Shown: in pieces, positions 63,690-64,000 of the stretch
How positions within the stretch are numbered: position 1 is the stretch's first letter
How the letters are laid out: the number at the start of each line of letters is the position of its first letter
NCBI RefSeq assembly: GCF_963921235.1
Contig: NC_086097.1
Location: 170,998,001-171,062,000 of the forward strand
Source: Mobula hypostoma
Taxonomy: Eukaryota
Reading direction: 5' to 3'
Length of the DNA: 64,000 nt
The notes under the pieces: model-generated
The model's database searches: none
What the model was told of the DNA's origin: nothing
The model's input: the letters and a program-made list of their open reading frames with translations, nothing else
Made by a program: the position numbers and the translations under genes

Positions 63690-63915
63690 TAACAAATAAT
63701 CTGTTGGAATAACTCAGTGGATTGATCAGCATATTTGTGAGGGAAATGAATTCTCAGTGTTTCAGGTTGAGACCCTGTCAGGCCTCAAACAACCAACGTT
63801 CAAAAGAAGACAAACTGTGCAAATAGAAAAAAAACTTACCTCCCACAGATGCAGCCAGACTCCTTGATTTCCTCCAGCAGTTTGTCTGTGTCCTATATTC
63901 TAGTATCTGTAGTCT
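63690..63915. mobile_element. Old PLE fold-back insertion inside a CR1 3' end (~63510-64000)
   Basis: aatctgttggaataactcag versus tttcctccagcagtttgt; minus-strand gggtctcaacctgaaac. Confidence 0.6.
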
Positions 63916-64000
63916 ATCAGGCAAGGCTAGCTTAAGTTGGAATCTTGGTCAGCATGGACCTGTTGGGCAGTAGAGCCTGCTTCGGTGCTGAATGACTATG

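Overview
Eukaryotic, repeat-dominated DNA with no recognisable host protein-coding gene, rRNA, tRNA or CRISPR array. The repeat mix (CR1 with esterase ORF1, Rex1/Babar-type LINEs, Penelope-like elements, V-SINEs) looks like vertebrate and probably elasmobranch intronic or intergenic DNA; this is inferred from family resemblance only. Contents: a near full-length decayed CR1 (~11.1-15.2 kb) and many CR1 fragments; a 2.9-kb Rex1-type LINE plus an in-frame RT-less deletion derivative; L1/Tx1, RTE and Vingi-like fragments; the 5' end of a Gypsy element; two ~1-kb solo LTRs in opposite orientation; Harbinger, hAT and Tc1 relics; and about a dozen Penelope-like (PLE) pieces. The most notable signal is the PLE system: minimal type I hammerhead ribozyme motifs (two with an intact core, at ~626 and ~46248) within fold-back insertions that share one architecture and 13-14-bp target-site duplications. 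Boundaries of decayed repeats are approximate, and all family calls are by eye with no database search.
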